Assembly (NCBI RefSeq): GCF_006345805.1
Contig: NC_042998.1
Location: 111,972,001-112,036,000, forward strand
Reading direction: 5' to 3'
Length of the DNA: 64,000 nucleotides
Source of the DNA: Octopus sinensis
Lineage: Eukaryota
Shown: positions 26,701 through 39,549 of the stretch, piece after piece
Layout: the number at the start of each line of letters is the position of its first letter
Numbering within the stretch: the first letter of the stretch is position 1
The notes under the pieces: model-generated
The model's input: only the letters and a program-made list of their open reading frames with translations
Databases searched by the model: none
Told to the model about the DNA's origin: nothing
Program-made: the position numbers and the translations under genes

Positions 26701-27199
26701 CATGTCCGGGTGCAGCACATATATTTGGTCATTATTCATTTTATCATGAAATAAAAAGTTTTAGGTTTTGTTTAATGGAAATTTACTGGTTGACTATTAT
26801 ATTTATTGATGATATTTTGTATATATTTACAATTAAAAATAACCACCTCTTGCGTTTCCCATAGCCCTTAATATTTTTGCAACTGAAGCGCATGCTCCCT
26901 TTTGTATTTCTCTTGACCCTCTTATTGATGGCTTAAATGAATCTTCTGGTACAAAATGAACAATTTCTTCTTGGTGAAGCTATTCGCACCACTTCAAACA
27001 TTTTCCACACATTAAAAACAGGTTTTCTGCAAGCATTCAACTGTTTTATCGCCTCACAATTATTTATACCAGCCATTTTCAATGTTATAATTTATTCGCG
27101 TTTTGTTTTAGTTTCTTTGTTTAATTACGGGTGAAGAAAAGCAAATAAATGTTAGGAAGCGTTAAACATTTGCAACTATTTTTGCGAATAAGAATGTTT

Positions 27200-28000
27200 C
27201 AATTTATGTTTGAATAATCGGTAAATTATTATATTTAAATAGTTGGTAAATGTATACGCCGCACCCGATACAGTCATATAAGGAATGTTGATCACATGAT
27301 TTTCTTGAATTCCACCGCCAATTTCAAGAAGTCAAGTCCAAAATGCATCTTACCATTTCCTGCAAGATTTAATTATTGCATGTATCTCCAGAATGCTAAC
27401 TTGGTGCATGATTCAAATCTCTTGAAATCCCATTTGGTATTAGGCAGAAGTCCCATATTAGAGAATGTTGGCTTCCAAAATAGTGTCATTCGTATTTAAC
27501 TTCTTTAGATAATTTGAGCTCCTACAGCCAATAGCTCAATACTACCTAGTGTGCCACCTCATAGACCCATACTAAAAACAAGATCCTCAGTTTTCATTCA
27601 TATGCTCCACGCTTATACAATGGTACAAGACTGAGGTGTCCTATATACTACATTGTTTGGCGTAATTTCAGATGAAGTATTTTTTTTTCGAAAATTTCTT
27701 TGAATTTCATTGTTTTAGACATTAACGATTACAGTTCAGCAAATATTTCAATTTTTTTCTCCTGGAGTCGGGATATTTTGCTTTCCACAGTGTAGGTTTC
27801 CTGTTAAATCATAATGAAACGAAATGGACGAAAAGTTCAAGCTTCGTGCATACACCCCTTGTTAATTCAAACAGAAACTCGTATCAAGTGAGTATTTTTT
27901 TCCCGATTAGCAGCTTCTTGTATTCATCTCTTATTTCCTTCAGTGAAGTACGCGCTCTGTATACATCACGTATGAATTACCATCTGTACAATTGCATTTG
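27200..28000 (-). pseudogene. Heavily decayed Tc1-like transposase remnant
   Basis: Weak minus-strand similarity to the Tc1 motifs ILExNxL..WxFQQDNxxxH and GGG..VW. No intact frame and no TIR identified. Confidence 0.3.
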
Positions 28001-28454
28001 ATGTGTCTTACATGCTGTATTCTAAAGTCCACTACATTCCTTTAGGATCGCTAATATATCAAATATTTAAGTATTGAGAGATTTCAGTGAGAACATTTCC
28101 TCAATCATTATTAAATTCTTCAAATTGAGCAATCACGCAATCGTAGCTTTATATATTTATGTATATTTGAGGATCTAGTTAACTGATTTCATTGAAAAAC
28201 ATTCTTCTCTATTGATGTGACATCTAAATTTAAAAGTGAGATTTGATGTAAGAAACAACGTATCTGCAGTCAAATGTATTTCAATAAATTTCAGAGTTGT
28301 TTTTGAACAGTGGTCTTCTATATATTACATATTTGTCGGTGTTTACTTTTGTATGTATACTTTGAACTCCACAGGAAAGGTTTTACAACATTTATTTTAC
28401 AACATTGAGAATTTAGGTTGCCACAGTAACCGTGAACTGTACATTTATAAATTA

Positions 28455-28849
28455 CTAGCAGTATCGCCCGGCGTTGCTCGGGTTTGTAAGGGAAATAACT
28501 ATATAAGCTTTTTTAGAGATGTAACGTATAATAGCCATCTCAATATGGCTAACCACAAAGGGGGGGGGTGTTACTGTAGCTTTTTACGTTCTGAGATTAA
28601 TAATACATTTTTAGAGAGTTACTTCCCTTATATAATAGCAAAAAAATGCATTAAAAATGGGAAAAAATTATGGTAATTTTTTTTTTATCGTAGACTCATC
28701 GTAGATGCGCGCTAATACCCAGAAGGGCTCGATATGAATCACGACTATAAGATACCCGCTTTTGGTTACACTGCACCGCAAAATGTGGTGGTAGTTAGGA
28801 ATCTAAATCGTAGGAGACAGACACACAACTTCACTTTTATATATAAAGA
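28455..28849 (-). mobile_element. Non-autonomous Helitron (395 bp)
   Basis: Minus strand A|TCTTTATATATAAAAG...CCCGAGCAACGCCGGG-CGATACTG-CTAG|T shows a 5' TC, a subterminal GC hairpin, a 3' CTAG and insertion between A and T. Confidence 0.88.
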
Positions 28850-31099
28850 TTTCATTAAGTGTTAGCTCAGTATATAGAATATGAGTTTTGCCTGGGTAAT
28901 GAAATGTATATTCGTCCAAGGTTATCATAATGATAAAATGGATTATTCTTTGTTTCCGAAATTGGATAGAATAACAACACATCTTATCATTTCCGAAAAA
29001 TATTATTTTCCAGGATATAATTTCACAAGACTGTCAATTTTATCTTAAATACTCTTGCCTGCCAAAAGGAGTAGTCCAAGAAATATCATATCTCCAAGAT
29101 TGTCTGCCTTAGTCATGAATACATCTGATTCTCTAAATCTTCTTACCATATATATAGTGTTTCGCTAGCGTCCAGATCCTTGAAATATTGATAGGAAAAT
29201 AACTATATACGCTACATCAGATTCTGTATTACAGACAACAAAGCGTTGCCGCTGATACAGAACGCTAAAGGTTGGAACAAATACCTCAATGCCTCACTCC
29301 CGACGCTAGCAATTCCTCCAATCCAATGCCCTGGATTGATACTTTTTTCCAACTTACACAAGGATGAAAGACAAAGTTGATATCTGTAGGATTTGAACAC
29401 AGAACACAGAGACAAAACAAATACCATGAGTCATTATATCCCAAAATTTAACGATTTGTAATTCTTTTGATACTGTTCAACTCTAGTATATCTTGTTTGA
29501 TATCCCACATAATTCAAAATTATTTACCCCAAAATGAAAATAAGAGTCGACAACACATTGCCGAAATCATTTTTCACCGTACAGAACAGAGCTATTTTAA
29601 TCTTTTGCTGATGTTTGGGCAACATATCGCAACCTATTAATAGTCGCGCATCAATTACTTTTAATTAGTTCAGGATTAATGTTCTGTCTTGGTTACTGTC
29701 ATTATTCTCCAAATTGATACAGTGATTCATTTTGACAAGATTGTAGAACTTCCCTCGGTCGATAACGACCATGCATGTCTACACATTCATGCAGGCCTGG
29801 GCAATTTTTTAAAAGGAAATTTCTCGGTTGTTCATGCACGCAGGTTTCCACCCTATACACTACCAATGTTAATCTGAGGAAACAACCGCTGACCCGTGAT
29901 GATACAGCTTGGAACTAATATCGTCTCATGCGTGGCTGTCAAACTTCAAAGAGCTGGAACAGGTACGTATCACAATGCATCTCGTCCGAACCTCTAATAA
30001 TTTTCCTCATCTATCGCCCTGCATAGGCACTTTTTTTTTTTTATCAAATTCCGAGAGGATGAAAGGTAAAGCTGATATCAGTGGGATTTCAACGCAGAAC
30101 GTAGAATCGCGACATAAACCCCGTGGCATTCTATCCCGTAGTTATTCCTAAAGATCTTTGCCGATTCATTTAGTGTTGGTATGTTATAACATCTTTGATT
30201 AATGTTTCGTATAGACAACTGATATTATAATCGTTCTCCTCCTTTCTAAGCTTCTTCATTCTCTAAAAGCGTAAGCATTACTAATTCTGATTATCTGATC
30301 TAAAGAAGTCACATTTGACGGACGCACCGTTCACTATTCTGATTCTCAAATCTAATGTCTCTGATCATTTTCGAACCAAATAGAAACATTTTCGAGATTT
30401 TCCTCTGGTAAGATGCTTATTACTATCAATAGTTATGCGTTCTTAATCAAAGACTTGGCTAAAAACGCGTAAAAGTGCAGCCCTTGAACAAGTAGACAGT
30501 TGTAAGATCTGTTGTCTTTTAAATATTTATAACTGGGATTCCTTAGGCTGCTAATTAAATTACAAACGTCTAGTGGTGCTTGTCTTCGATTAGGCACAGT
30601 AGTTATTGAATATACCTTAAAAGAGACTGTCAGATAAATATTTCTCTTATGGTATGTTCAGTTGTTAAACAATATTCACGAATTCTTGCATTTCTTATAT
30701 TTTGAATAACATTTTCATTTCAGCGTGATGTGTTGATTGTATTTTCTTCAACTTATGCATCTCTTCTGTTTTTTGTTGATAATTTTTTCTTCAATTTTAG
30801 GCACAGTAAGAGAACCCTAGACCTATAATTTAGCAATTATTTTGTCATTGTTCTGCTTTTCATGAAATATACATTCTCACTCTTCCTTTCTCTCTCTCTC
30901 TCTCTCTCTTTATCTCTCTCTCTCTCTCTACCTATCACACAAAAATATGTATGCATATACACATGCATACGTGTATATATACGCACACATACATGCATTA
31001 CAGTACATACAAACTTGCATACATTAATATGTATGTATGTGTGTGTGTGTGTGTATGGGTTTGTATATTAGTTAACATATATGACGTTACCCGAGTTAA

Positions 31100-31930
31100 A
31101 GCATCAAGAAATTATTGTTATGGGGAATCTACAGTTGCATGAAATTGCATGAAATGGTGATGAAATTGTGACTTAGATTGTAGAAAAAAGCGGGAGGAGG
31201 AAAAAGAAATCTCTAGAGACAAAAGAAAGTAGAGTAATAATAGGTAAGAAGGAGAAGGTAGTGCAGACGTATATGTGCGCATGTGTTAGCATGCTAAAAA
31301 GTGGGGCAAAAGTGTGAGTTCTGGCTTATGTGTGTGTGAAGAGTGGGTAATAAGGCTATGTATGTCTATGTCAAAAAGGCAAGGTGAATGATAACGTGTG
31401 TGCATGTGTGTGTAAAGTGAGCTATGTGTGTGCAAAGTCTAAATTAGCGTGGGTAAGCGTGTGTCAATAACACGGTGTGTAGGTGTACGTGCGTGTGAAC
31501 GAGTTCTCATATGTAGGTGCATCAAGAGGAGGAGATTGTGCAAGAGACCCGATGTGTATGTTTGTGAGAGAGATATGAAGGTATAGCGAAAGTGATAGAA
31601 GGAAAGAGAGTGCGTATGTGAAATCGCTGAGAAGTGTATAAAAGGTGTGTGCGTAGAGGTGAAGATTGTGTGGGGTGACATGTGGGTAGTAGGAAAGGGC
31701 GTGAGTAGAGTGCATGGGAGTGGCGTGAAAAAAGGGAAGAGAGAAACAATGCAGGGGGATGTATAGTTATGGAGCAGGTGGGGGGGGGAAGAAGTAATAA
31801 GGATTGAGGTGGAGAATTCAGACTGAAGGATGTATAAGTTACCCTTGGAGGTGAGTGGCAGGAAATCCGGGGTGAAAAAATGGCGATTTGAATGGTCGGT
31901 GGAGTCGAAATGCCGAAATACAGGCAACCC
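31100..31930 (-). mobile_element. Penelope-like element 3' remnant
   Basis: PVFRHFDSTDHS matches the GIY-YIG C-terminal PVSRHFRSTGHS of the 34.8-kb element and is followed by a similar pyrimidine/CA-rich tail. Confidence 0.6.
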
Positions 31931-32092
31931 TGTTTTATGAAGCGTTAAACAAATACAGTACTTGTTAAATCTTATCCCTTCTCTATTGTCTCTTTTCTTC
32001 CTTTAATTATTCATTGCATTTATAATGGATTTTTTTTTGCGTTTTTGCAGACCACTTAAAGCTAGCTCGATCAATCGCTAGATAGAAAGATT

Positions 32093-32231
<139 letters not shown>

Positions 32232-32412
32232 TTATAAGTCTCAGATGTAGAATTTTCAAATATTTGTAAGATTAAAAGAAAAAAAATATTTTTTCATCAA
32301 CAAAGAAGTGGAATAATTGCTTATTTTAATATCCCTCCTCTCATATCAATGTGACACATCAATTCATCGCCAAGTTGCAGGATTATCGATTTAACCTATG
32401 CCTAACATAGTG

Positions 32413-32632
32413 AATGCGTATGGCTTAGTGGTTACGTTATTCGACTCACAATCGTAAGATCGTGAGTTCAATACTCGGTGGCGTGTTGTGTCCTTGAGCA
32501 AGACATTTTATTTCACGTTGCCCCAGTCCACTCAGATGGCAAAAACGGAGTACTGCCTGTATTTCAAAAGGCCAGCCTTGTCACTCTATATGTCAGCTGA
32601 ATCTTCCTCGTCGTCGTAACCGACGGACTGCT
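32413..32632 (+). mobile_element. tRNA-derived CORE-type SINE
   Basis: TGGCTTAGTGG (A box), GAGTTCAATAC (B box), GTGTCCTTGAGCAAGACA (CORE-like). A related decayed copy lies at about 47700-47990. Confidence 0.75.
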
Positions 32633-33509
32633 AGTTGATTTATGATGATTCTGCATTATATGATTCATTCAGTAAACATACTTTTTTTTACATGGACAAG
32701 CACTTTTAGAGGTTGCAGTCGAGATAAAACTCATTTTAAAGTTGCGTTTGTTGAAGTTTTCTATATCTATGGCTAGTGGGGAAGTGCTTATCTGTTAGAC
32801 TTTGGAGAGGTTTAGCTGTGTTTAACATAACACTTAGAGAGTAAGTGTGAAAGCAAATAATATTACATATTGCAACACCCCCGCAAAAACGGAAAGTCTT
32901 CGTACGTTTATTTGGTTTCCATCCTGCACTTTCCAAATATTAAAACAAATATAACTTAAAACCTTTGAAAATTTCGTAGATAAGACTTCCTAATTAGTTA
33001 CAGATAAAGGTGACAGATGAAAAAAGCATAAACTTAAGATAATTTTTAGCCGCGCTATTAATTTGAGGCAAGTTTTATCCCATAAACTGACAACTGAGGG
33101 GTATAGCTCACATAGAAACGGCTGTAAGTGTTCGCTGGATTGATTCTGTAATACAAAGAGCAACATATACGAGGTATAAACGAATTCAACAGAACCGAAA
33201 TTTAGCAAAAATCTGAAGAGCTATACTGGCACGACAAGAGCTGCATCGCAAAAAATTTTATTCATACTTCATTTTTCAACCATATTAATACAAGCAAGGC
33301 TCTCGATTTATATCCGCCTTTAAAAGAAAAGGCTGTAAGCTATAATGTTAAATGAAGGTTCATTTACAGGTCGTGTAGCAAGAGATGTGGCCTCGCAGCA
33401 ACAGAGAAAGGGGTGATTCTGAAAAAAATTATTCTAGCCATGGATATATTTAAATGTTCGATACATATAAACAAACTGATAAATTCTTAACTGTACAATA
33501 AAACATATG

Positions 33510-34330
33510 TATGCGTGTGTATGCGTGTATGTATATGGAGACGACGGGCCTCCTTTTGTTTCCGTCTACCAAACAAAGCTTTGGTCGGCTCGAGGCTATA
33601 GTAGAGGACAGTTGCCCAAGGTGTCACACAGTAGGACTGAATCCCGAACCATGTGGTTAGGAAGCAAACTTATCACGCGGCCACGTTAGTATGTATGTAT
33701 GTATGTATGTATGTATGTATGTATGTATGTATGTATGTATGTATGTATGTATATCAAGAGCGAAGAGTATTCATGGATGCAAAATTTGTGAATAAGTGCA
33801 AATCTTTATTTTACTATTTGACTTTCTTCACTTAATTAACTTTTAACATTTCCTTTTTTATGAACTGGAACTTACTTGTCGAACTAAGCCATATGTGAAA
33901 TTTACAGAACTCATTTAAATTTACTACAAACCAACAGGTTCGTTATCAAGCGACTTAATACCCTTGTTTCATTCGCAATTTATCCACCCTAAACAATAAA
34001 TGATAACTTATAATGAGAAGAGAAAGAATTTCCCAGAATGTAACGATTGGAAACGAGGAATTTTTTGCTCCTAAAATATCTCCTTGTCGATAATACTTAA
34101 CTTGTTTGAACATTCTTCGTTCTTGATATATGCAACTTTCCTTATATACATACATACATACATACATACATACATACATACATACATACATACATACATA
34201 CATACATACATGCATGCATACATACTAGAGTGGCTGTGTGCAAAGGTTTGTTTGATAGAAGGAAACTGAAAGAAGCCTGTCGTCTCCACACACACACACA
34301 TACACATATACATACACAGGCATACACACA
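33510..34330. repeat. Inverted duplication of a SINE head plus (TATG)n plus flank
   Basis: 33530-33768 (SINE..GCCAC GTTAGTATG(TATG)n TATATCAAGAGCGAAGA) is mirrored by 34112-34292 (TCTTCGTTCTTGATATA..(CATA)n CTAGAGTGGC..GAAAGAAGCCTGTCGTCTCCA). Confidence 0.7.
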
Positions 34331-34626
34331 CACTTATATGACTGAATCAAGTAAAAGTGATATATATGTGTATATATATACGTGTGTGTATGTGTGTATT
34401 TGCGTGTGTGTGTCTTTGTGTGTTTGTGTTTGTCCTCCAGTACCGGTTTACTACCGGTGTTGGTATTTCGTCCTTACATGCCCGTAATCTAGCGAGAGAA
34501 CAGCTACTTAGCTTTGAAAATAAGTACTGGGGTCAATTCAATCGACAATTCACTCGTGAATTTCATCACACACATGGTCCAAATTTCTTCTTAAGAAAAA
34601 ATATATATTCAAATAAATTAAACATA

Positions 34627-34661
34627 ATATCATGAATAGAGATAGCGAAACCGGTCGATAT
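34627..34661 (+). ncRNA. Degenerate minimal hammerhead remnant
   Basis: ATATC-(ATGAATA)-GAGATAGC-GAA-ACCGGT-C-GATAT. Stem I, palindromic stem III and GUC are retained; the CUGANGA box is mutated. Confidence 0.45.
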
Positions 34662-34716
34662 ATTAAAAAAGTATATTAAAACCATGTAAGTGTGCGTATT
34701 TTCCTTTTTTAATTTC

Positions 34717-34813
<97 letters not shown>

Positions 34814-34838
34814 ACACTTTGAGACCCAGTCTCAACGT

Positions 34839-35954
34839 ATGGCTCACCACTTCACCCTACGTGGATACCCCCTCACCACTATCCACACCGCCCTTGCCAG
34901 AGCACGGTCCGTGGACCGTGTATCTGCTCTCTCTCCCCGAACCCGCCCTGTAGTCTCCCGCCTCCCTTTTCCCCTCACTTACCACCCCACGACCCTACGT
35001 CTCCAACGCACCATTCTTCGAGCTTTCCGTCATCTCCAGTCCGACCCGTCCACTTCACACCTCTTCCCCAACCGACCCCTCCCCTCTTTCAAACGAGCCC
35101 TCAACCTTCGAGACCTTTTGGTCCATAGCTCCTTCCCTGACCCTACCTCCCAAACCAGCTCGTTCCCCTGCTCCCGCCCACGTTGCCGCACTTGCCCTTA
35201 CCTCTCCAACACCACCCGCCTCACTAGCACCCACCATCGACCCTATCCCAACATCCACTCCTTCACCTGCACCTCCAGCAATATTATCTATTGCGTCTCT
35301 TGCTCTCTCTGCAATTCCTTGTACATCGGACAAACGGGACGCCGCTTGGCTGACCGGTTCGCGGAACACCTTCGTGACATTCACCTTGCGAACGACACAC
35401 CGGTCTCACGCCATTTCCGCTCCACCGGTCACTCCTTGCAACACCTATCTGTGTTCGGTTTGTCCTTACACAGAGGCCATCCGGATTCCCGTTTGCGCCG
35501 TGAACAGGAATTAATCTTCTCTCTTCGCTCTTATACGACATTTGGTCTCAACTCTCCCCCCTCCTCATCTAACCCCCCTCTCCCCCTCCTCACCTATCCT
35601 TCCCCCCGACCCCTACTTCTTCAGTCCTTCATCCTTTCACCCCTACTCCCCTTCCCTTCTTCCCTCTTTCTCCCTCCCTCCTTCCCTCTTCCCTCTGCTC
35701 CCTCTCCCCTTCTCTCTCCCCCTCCCCCTCTTTCCTCTTTCCTCCCCCTCATCCTCCCCTTCCTTCTCCCCTCCTCTCTATCCCCCTCCTCTCCTCTTCC
35801 CCCCTCTCCTCCCCCTCTTCTTCCTCTCCCCTTCTCTCCCCCCTCTTCTCCCCCTCCCCCTCTTCTCCCCCTCCCCCTCTTCTCCTCACTACACCACACG
35901 ACTTTACACATCACATCATATATGATGTGCCATACTAATACATACACCAACTAA
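34839..35954 (+). CDS. Truncated PLE polyprotein C-terminus: RT thumb, CxxxxCxxC linker, GIY-YIG endonuclease (homology ends near 35560)
   Basis: RGYP, LTYHP, NLRDLLVHS, CSRPRCRTC, FTCTSSNIIYCVSCSLCNSLYIGQTGRRLADRFAEH, PVSRHF, RLRREQELI..GLN. Lacks the RT core, so it is not an autonomous gene. Confidence 0.85.
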   Translation: MAHHFTLRGYPLTTIHTALARARSVDRVSALSPRTRPVVSRLPFPLTYHPTTLRLQRTILRAFRHLQSDPSTSHLFPNRPLPSFKRALNLRDLLVHSSFPDPTSQTSSFPCSRPRCRTCPYLSNTTRLTSTHHRPYPNIHSFTCTSSNIIYCVSCSLCNSLYIGQTGRRLADRFAEHLRDIHLANDTPVSRHFRSTGHSLQHLSVFGLSLHRGHPDSRLRREQELIFSLRSYTTFGLNSPPSSSNPPLPLLTYPSPRPLLLQSFILSPLLPFPSSLFLPPSFPLPSAPSPLLSPPPPLSSFLPLILPFLLPSSLSPSSPLPPSPPPLLPLPFSPPSSPPPPLLPLPLFSSLHHTTLHITSYMMCHTNTYTN

Positions 35955-36325
35955 TACATACTAATACGTACTAATACATACTAATACATACTAATACATA
36001 CACCAACCCTATACATACACACGTCCAGACCCCTCATACGCACTTATACTCTCTCATACACACACACACACACTTATACATACTAATAGTACTAATACAT
36101 ACTAATACATACTAATACATACACCAACCCCATACATACGCCTGTCCAGACCTATCCTAGGGTCATTCAACCCTATTATCAACCCTATTATCTCCTCTTA
36201 TTTCGCTCTCGCGTCTCATGTTTGATCTTTGACCTCTGGCCGAAATCAGATCGCCATGTTGATTCGTTAGTTACTGCACGCATTTTTTTTCTCTCCTTCT
36301 TTCTGTGTTTTTTTCTCTCTGTGTA

Positions 36326-36363
36326 TCTTTCTGTTGAAGAGCGTAGGCTCGAAACGTTAAAGA
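36326..36363 (+). ncRNA. Minimal hammerhead-like motif with A6->U core variant
   Basis: TCTTT-CTGTTGA-A-GAGC-GTAG-GCTC-GAA-ACGT-T-AAAGA. 5-bp stem I, 4-bp stem II, loopless palindromic stem III ACGT. Confidence 0.65.
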
Positions 36364-36465
36364 CTTGTTTTATTTATATTTCCTGAGCGCCATACTAATA
36401 CAATTGTTTGTTTGTTTTCCACCTGCCTTCGTCTTTTGTCTATTTTCATAAAGTTTCCCGTTATA

Positions 36466-36496
<31 letters not shown>

Positions 36497-36599
36497 TCAC
36501 TTAAAAGTACCACTATGTTCCAGTTCTCTCTTTTTTACGACAGATTATATCGTATTTTCGTAAGCTTTTTTCTTTTTTCTTTTTTCCTTATTTTTTTGT

Positions 36600-37950
36600 A
36601 GTTTGTTTGGGTCAGCGACGTTACTAGACCTACAGTTTATGCTTCCTGACTCTCATAACCTCATCTTCAGGATATGAAGTAGATTTCGCTTCTGTATTGC
36701 TTCAGTTATGTTGGTTGAATTTATGTAGACTCTACCACCAGAAAATTTTGACCGTTAGGCTTGCACGTCAGCAGTCACGTGCTAATTTATTCTATTGTAC
36801 AAATTTATGTAAGCTTTACCGCCTAAATTCTGATTATTAGGCTTCCATGTCAGCAGTCACGTGTTAGTTCTTTTTTTTTCCACGTATCTGTCGTTTGCGT
36901 GTTAATTTAGAATCATGTTGTAATATGGGTATTGTTTCCATGATTAATCGTATTTTTCTTTTTTGTGAGGAATCTTATACTGTATGAACTGTTCACTAAT
37001 ATTTTTCTAGCTCTGTTTTGTGCTCAATATTAGTGTTTTGCGATTACTCCTTGTTGTAAATGCATAGTGAACCCACGAGAGAGTGTTATACTATAATGAC
37101 CAATATAATAGATGAAATCCTGAAATTTACAACTTTCAGTTTGAAGGTAAATTATATTATATTGTTCATTGGGCAATGTAGTTTACATTTGTTATTAGTG
37201 GCTTGTCCTCAGGTTTACAAGCTTGTATTGTGCTATTGATTTTTTTTTTTTTGGCTTAGATGATTTTGCTGTATGTTATTAGTTTTAGTCTATAGTTAGG
37301 TATGTTTTGTATTTCGTTTTTTGAGGCTTTTGATTATGTATTCATTTGTTAGATAGTTGTCATTCACATAATAAATTTTATGTGTAATTTGTATATTTTC
37401 ATTGTATGTACTCTTTGATGAATGTATTGTATTGTATTTGTATCTGTATTCATGTGCAGTTCAGTTTACCAGTTTGTTGGAATATCTGTTGTTAATTAAT
37501 GTCTTTTCTCTTGTGGCTCGTTTGTGTGTGACAATCTAAATACTCATCTAAATAATGATTTTTACCACTGACATCTTATAATAGCGTTGGTATTCACCGT
37601 CTCCATGTAGGTGTATGCTTTTGTTTGAGCAACTGCCACTTCGAGCAATCGTTTTGTCAGTCAACGTTTTACGATGAATTTTTATGTAGACCTAACTGTT
37701 TCCCTATCGTAATTTTTAAAGTTACCTGCTGACAGTGTTATTCATACATCTGCGGTCAGCGAATCAAAATACCAGTCAGCCTTACTTAACGAGTGTGAGT
37801 GCGTTCTTTGGTTGTGTTAGTATCTATTGAACTTCTGAAATCATTGTTCCAAAGTATGTAACGAAGAAAGTATGACATTTAGAGGTGTCAACGAGTTAAA
37901 AATCTGAAACTCCGCACGTGCAAGTTGAACTCCCTCGACGACATCCGGTG
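36600..37950 (-). mobile_element. Decayed Penelope-like element of another lineage
   Basis: Minus strand at about 37170-37030 reads NNIIIYLQTESC..YYIGHYSITLSRGFTMHLQQGVIAKH (GIY-YIG). Remnant CCTGAAGA near 36670; diverged ~85-bp direct repeat at 36730-36865. Confidence 0.6.
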
Positions 37951-38790
37951 TACACTGTCACTTGGGTTCTTTTTAGAATTTGTTAAGAGAAGAAAAATAT
38001 ACAAAGGTAAATGAAAGAAAAAGGAGAAAGATATAAAAAAAGAGCAAAAAGAAAACGATAAAAAAGTAAAAGTAAATGAAAACAGCTTTAAAAAGAATAA
38101 TTTTGCAAACTAATGAATAATTGTTGGTAGGAAAGACTGAAAGATAGATAAAGGAAGTGAAAGAAAGAAAGTGAGACTGAAAAAGACAAGAACGAAAAAG
38201 TATGAAAAAAAGACAATGAATGAAGAAAAGAATGAATGATAGGCAACAAAGAAAGAAAATAGTAAGGCTATAAATATATATATTTCTTAAATATATAATG
38301 AAAGAAGGAGTATAAGAAGGTAAAAAGGAAGCGAAAGCGATGACAAGGCACCAGCCTAACAACGGGCAATCGTAACAGGTGCTGTGTCTTAAATATCTTA
38401 TTATAAAACTGGAAGTAGAGGAAACGATGGTAGTAGAGGAGTGGAAAGAGCTTGATGTATTGAAAACAGAAAAAACGTCAAAGTACATTCACACCTGAAC
38501 GACTTTTAGAGGAAGGTAACGCAGGATTGGCATTATATACTGGAGTAAATTGTTTAAGACTCTATCAAATGACAGGATTAAAAACTGAATGCAAGGAGCG
38601 ATAGGAAATAGGTTAAAAGAACGTCTTTTCAATATCCTATTAGAAGACGTTCGAATTACATAGAAACTGAAGTGAATGACAGATGGATACGAAAAAGAAA
38701 TGTAGAGGCAAAGTAAGAGGCAGCTTCAGATTGAATTTCTTTCTTTAAGCCATTATAAAGTAACGTACGTTGTTATTTATATACCAATTA

Positions 38791-39540
38791 GGCGTCGAAC
38801 TGGCAGACACGTTAGCACGCCGGGCGAAATGTTTAGCGGTATTTCGTCTACCGTTACGTTCTGAGTTCAAATTCCGCCGAGGTCGACTTTGCCTTTCATC
38901 CTTTCGGGGTCGATTAAATAAGTACCAGTTACGCACTGGGGTCAATATAATCGACTTAATCCGTTTGTCTGTCCGTGTTTGTCCTCTCTGTGTTTAGCCC
39001 CTTGTGGGTAGTAAAGAAATAGGTATTTCGTCTGCCTTTACGTTCTGAGTTCAAATTCCGCAGAGGTCGACTTTGCTTTTCATCCTTTCGGGGTCGATTA
39101 AATAAGTACCAGTTACGCACGCACTGGGGTCAATATAATCGACATAATCCGTTTGTCTGTCTTTGTTTGTCCTCTCTGTGTTTAGCCCCTTGTGGGTAGT
39201 AAAGAAATAGGTATTTCGTCTGCCTTTACGTTCTGAGTTCAAATTCCGCAGAGGTCGACTTTGCCTTTCATCCTTTCGGGGTCGATTAAATAAGTACCAG
39301 TTACGCACGCACTGGGGTCAATATAATCGACATAATCCGTTTGTCTGTCCTTGTTTGTCCTCTCTGTGTTTAGCCCCTTGTGGGTAGTAAAGAAATAGGT
39401 ATTTCGTCCATCTGAGTTCAAATTTCGCCAAAGTCAACTTTGACTTTCATCTCTTCGGAGTTGATAAAAATAAATACCAGCTGAGTGCTGAGGTCTTATA
39501 CCCTCTCCCCGAAATTACTGGCTTTGTGCCTGAATTTGAA
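38791..39540 (+). mobile_element. Tandem SINE array: one head plus near-identical 184-188-bp internal units
   Basis: GTATTTCGTC unit starts at 38839, 39023, 39211 and 39399. The first three units contain GAGTTCAAATTCCG (B box) and the Nin/Deu-like GCCTTTCATCCTTTCGGGGTCGAT..AAGTACCAG; the fourth is diverged. Confidence 0.9.
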
Positions 39541-39549
39541 ATCATTATT

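Larger units (their letters stand above)
34812..36462 (+). mobile_element. 5'-truncated Penelope-like element (Neptune-type) inserted in (TA)n
   Basis: Open frame with RT thumb, Cys linker and GIY-YIG, then a C/T-rich tail, short tandem repeats and a terminal repeat with an HHR-like motif. (TA)n on both sides. Confidence 0.92.

Noticed and set aside
35560-35954. Proline/serine-rich protein extension or extensin-like gene
   Set aside because: Read-through into the C/T-rich 3' region of the PLE after GIY-YIG homology ends at GLN.
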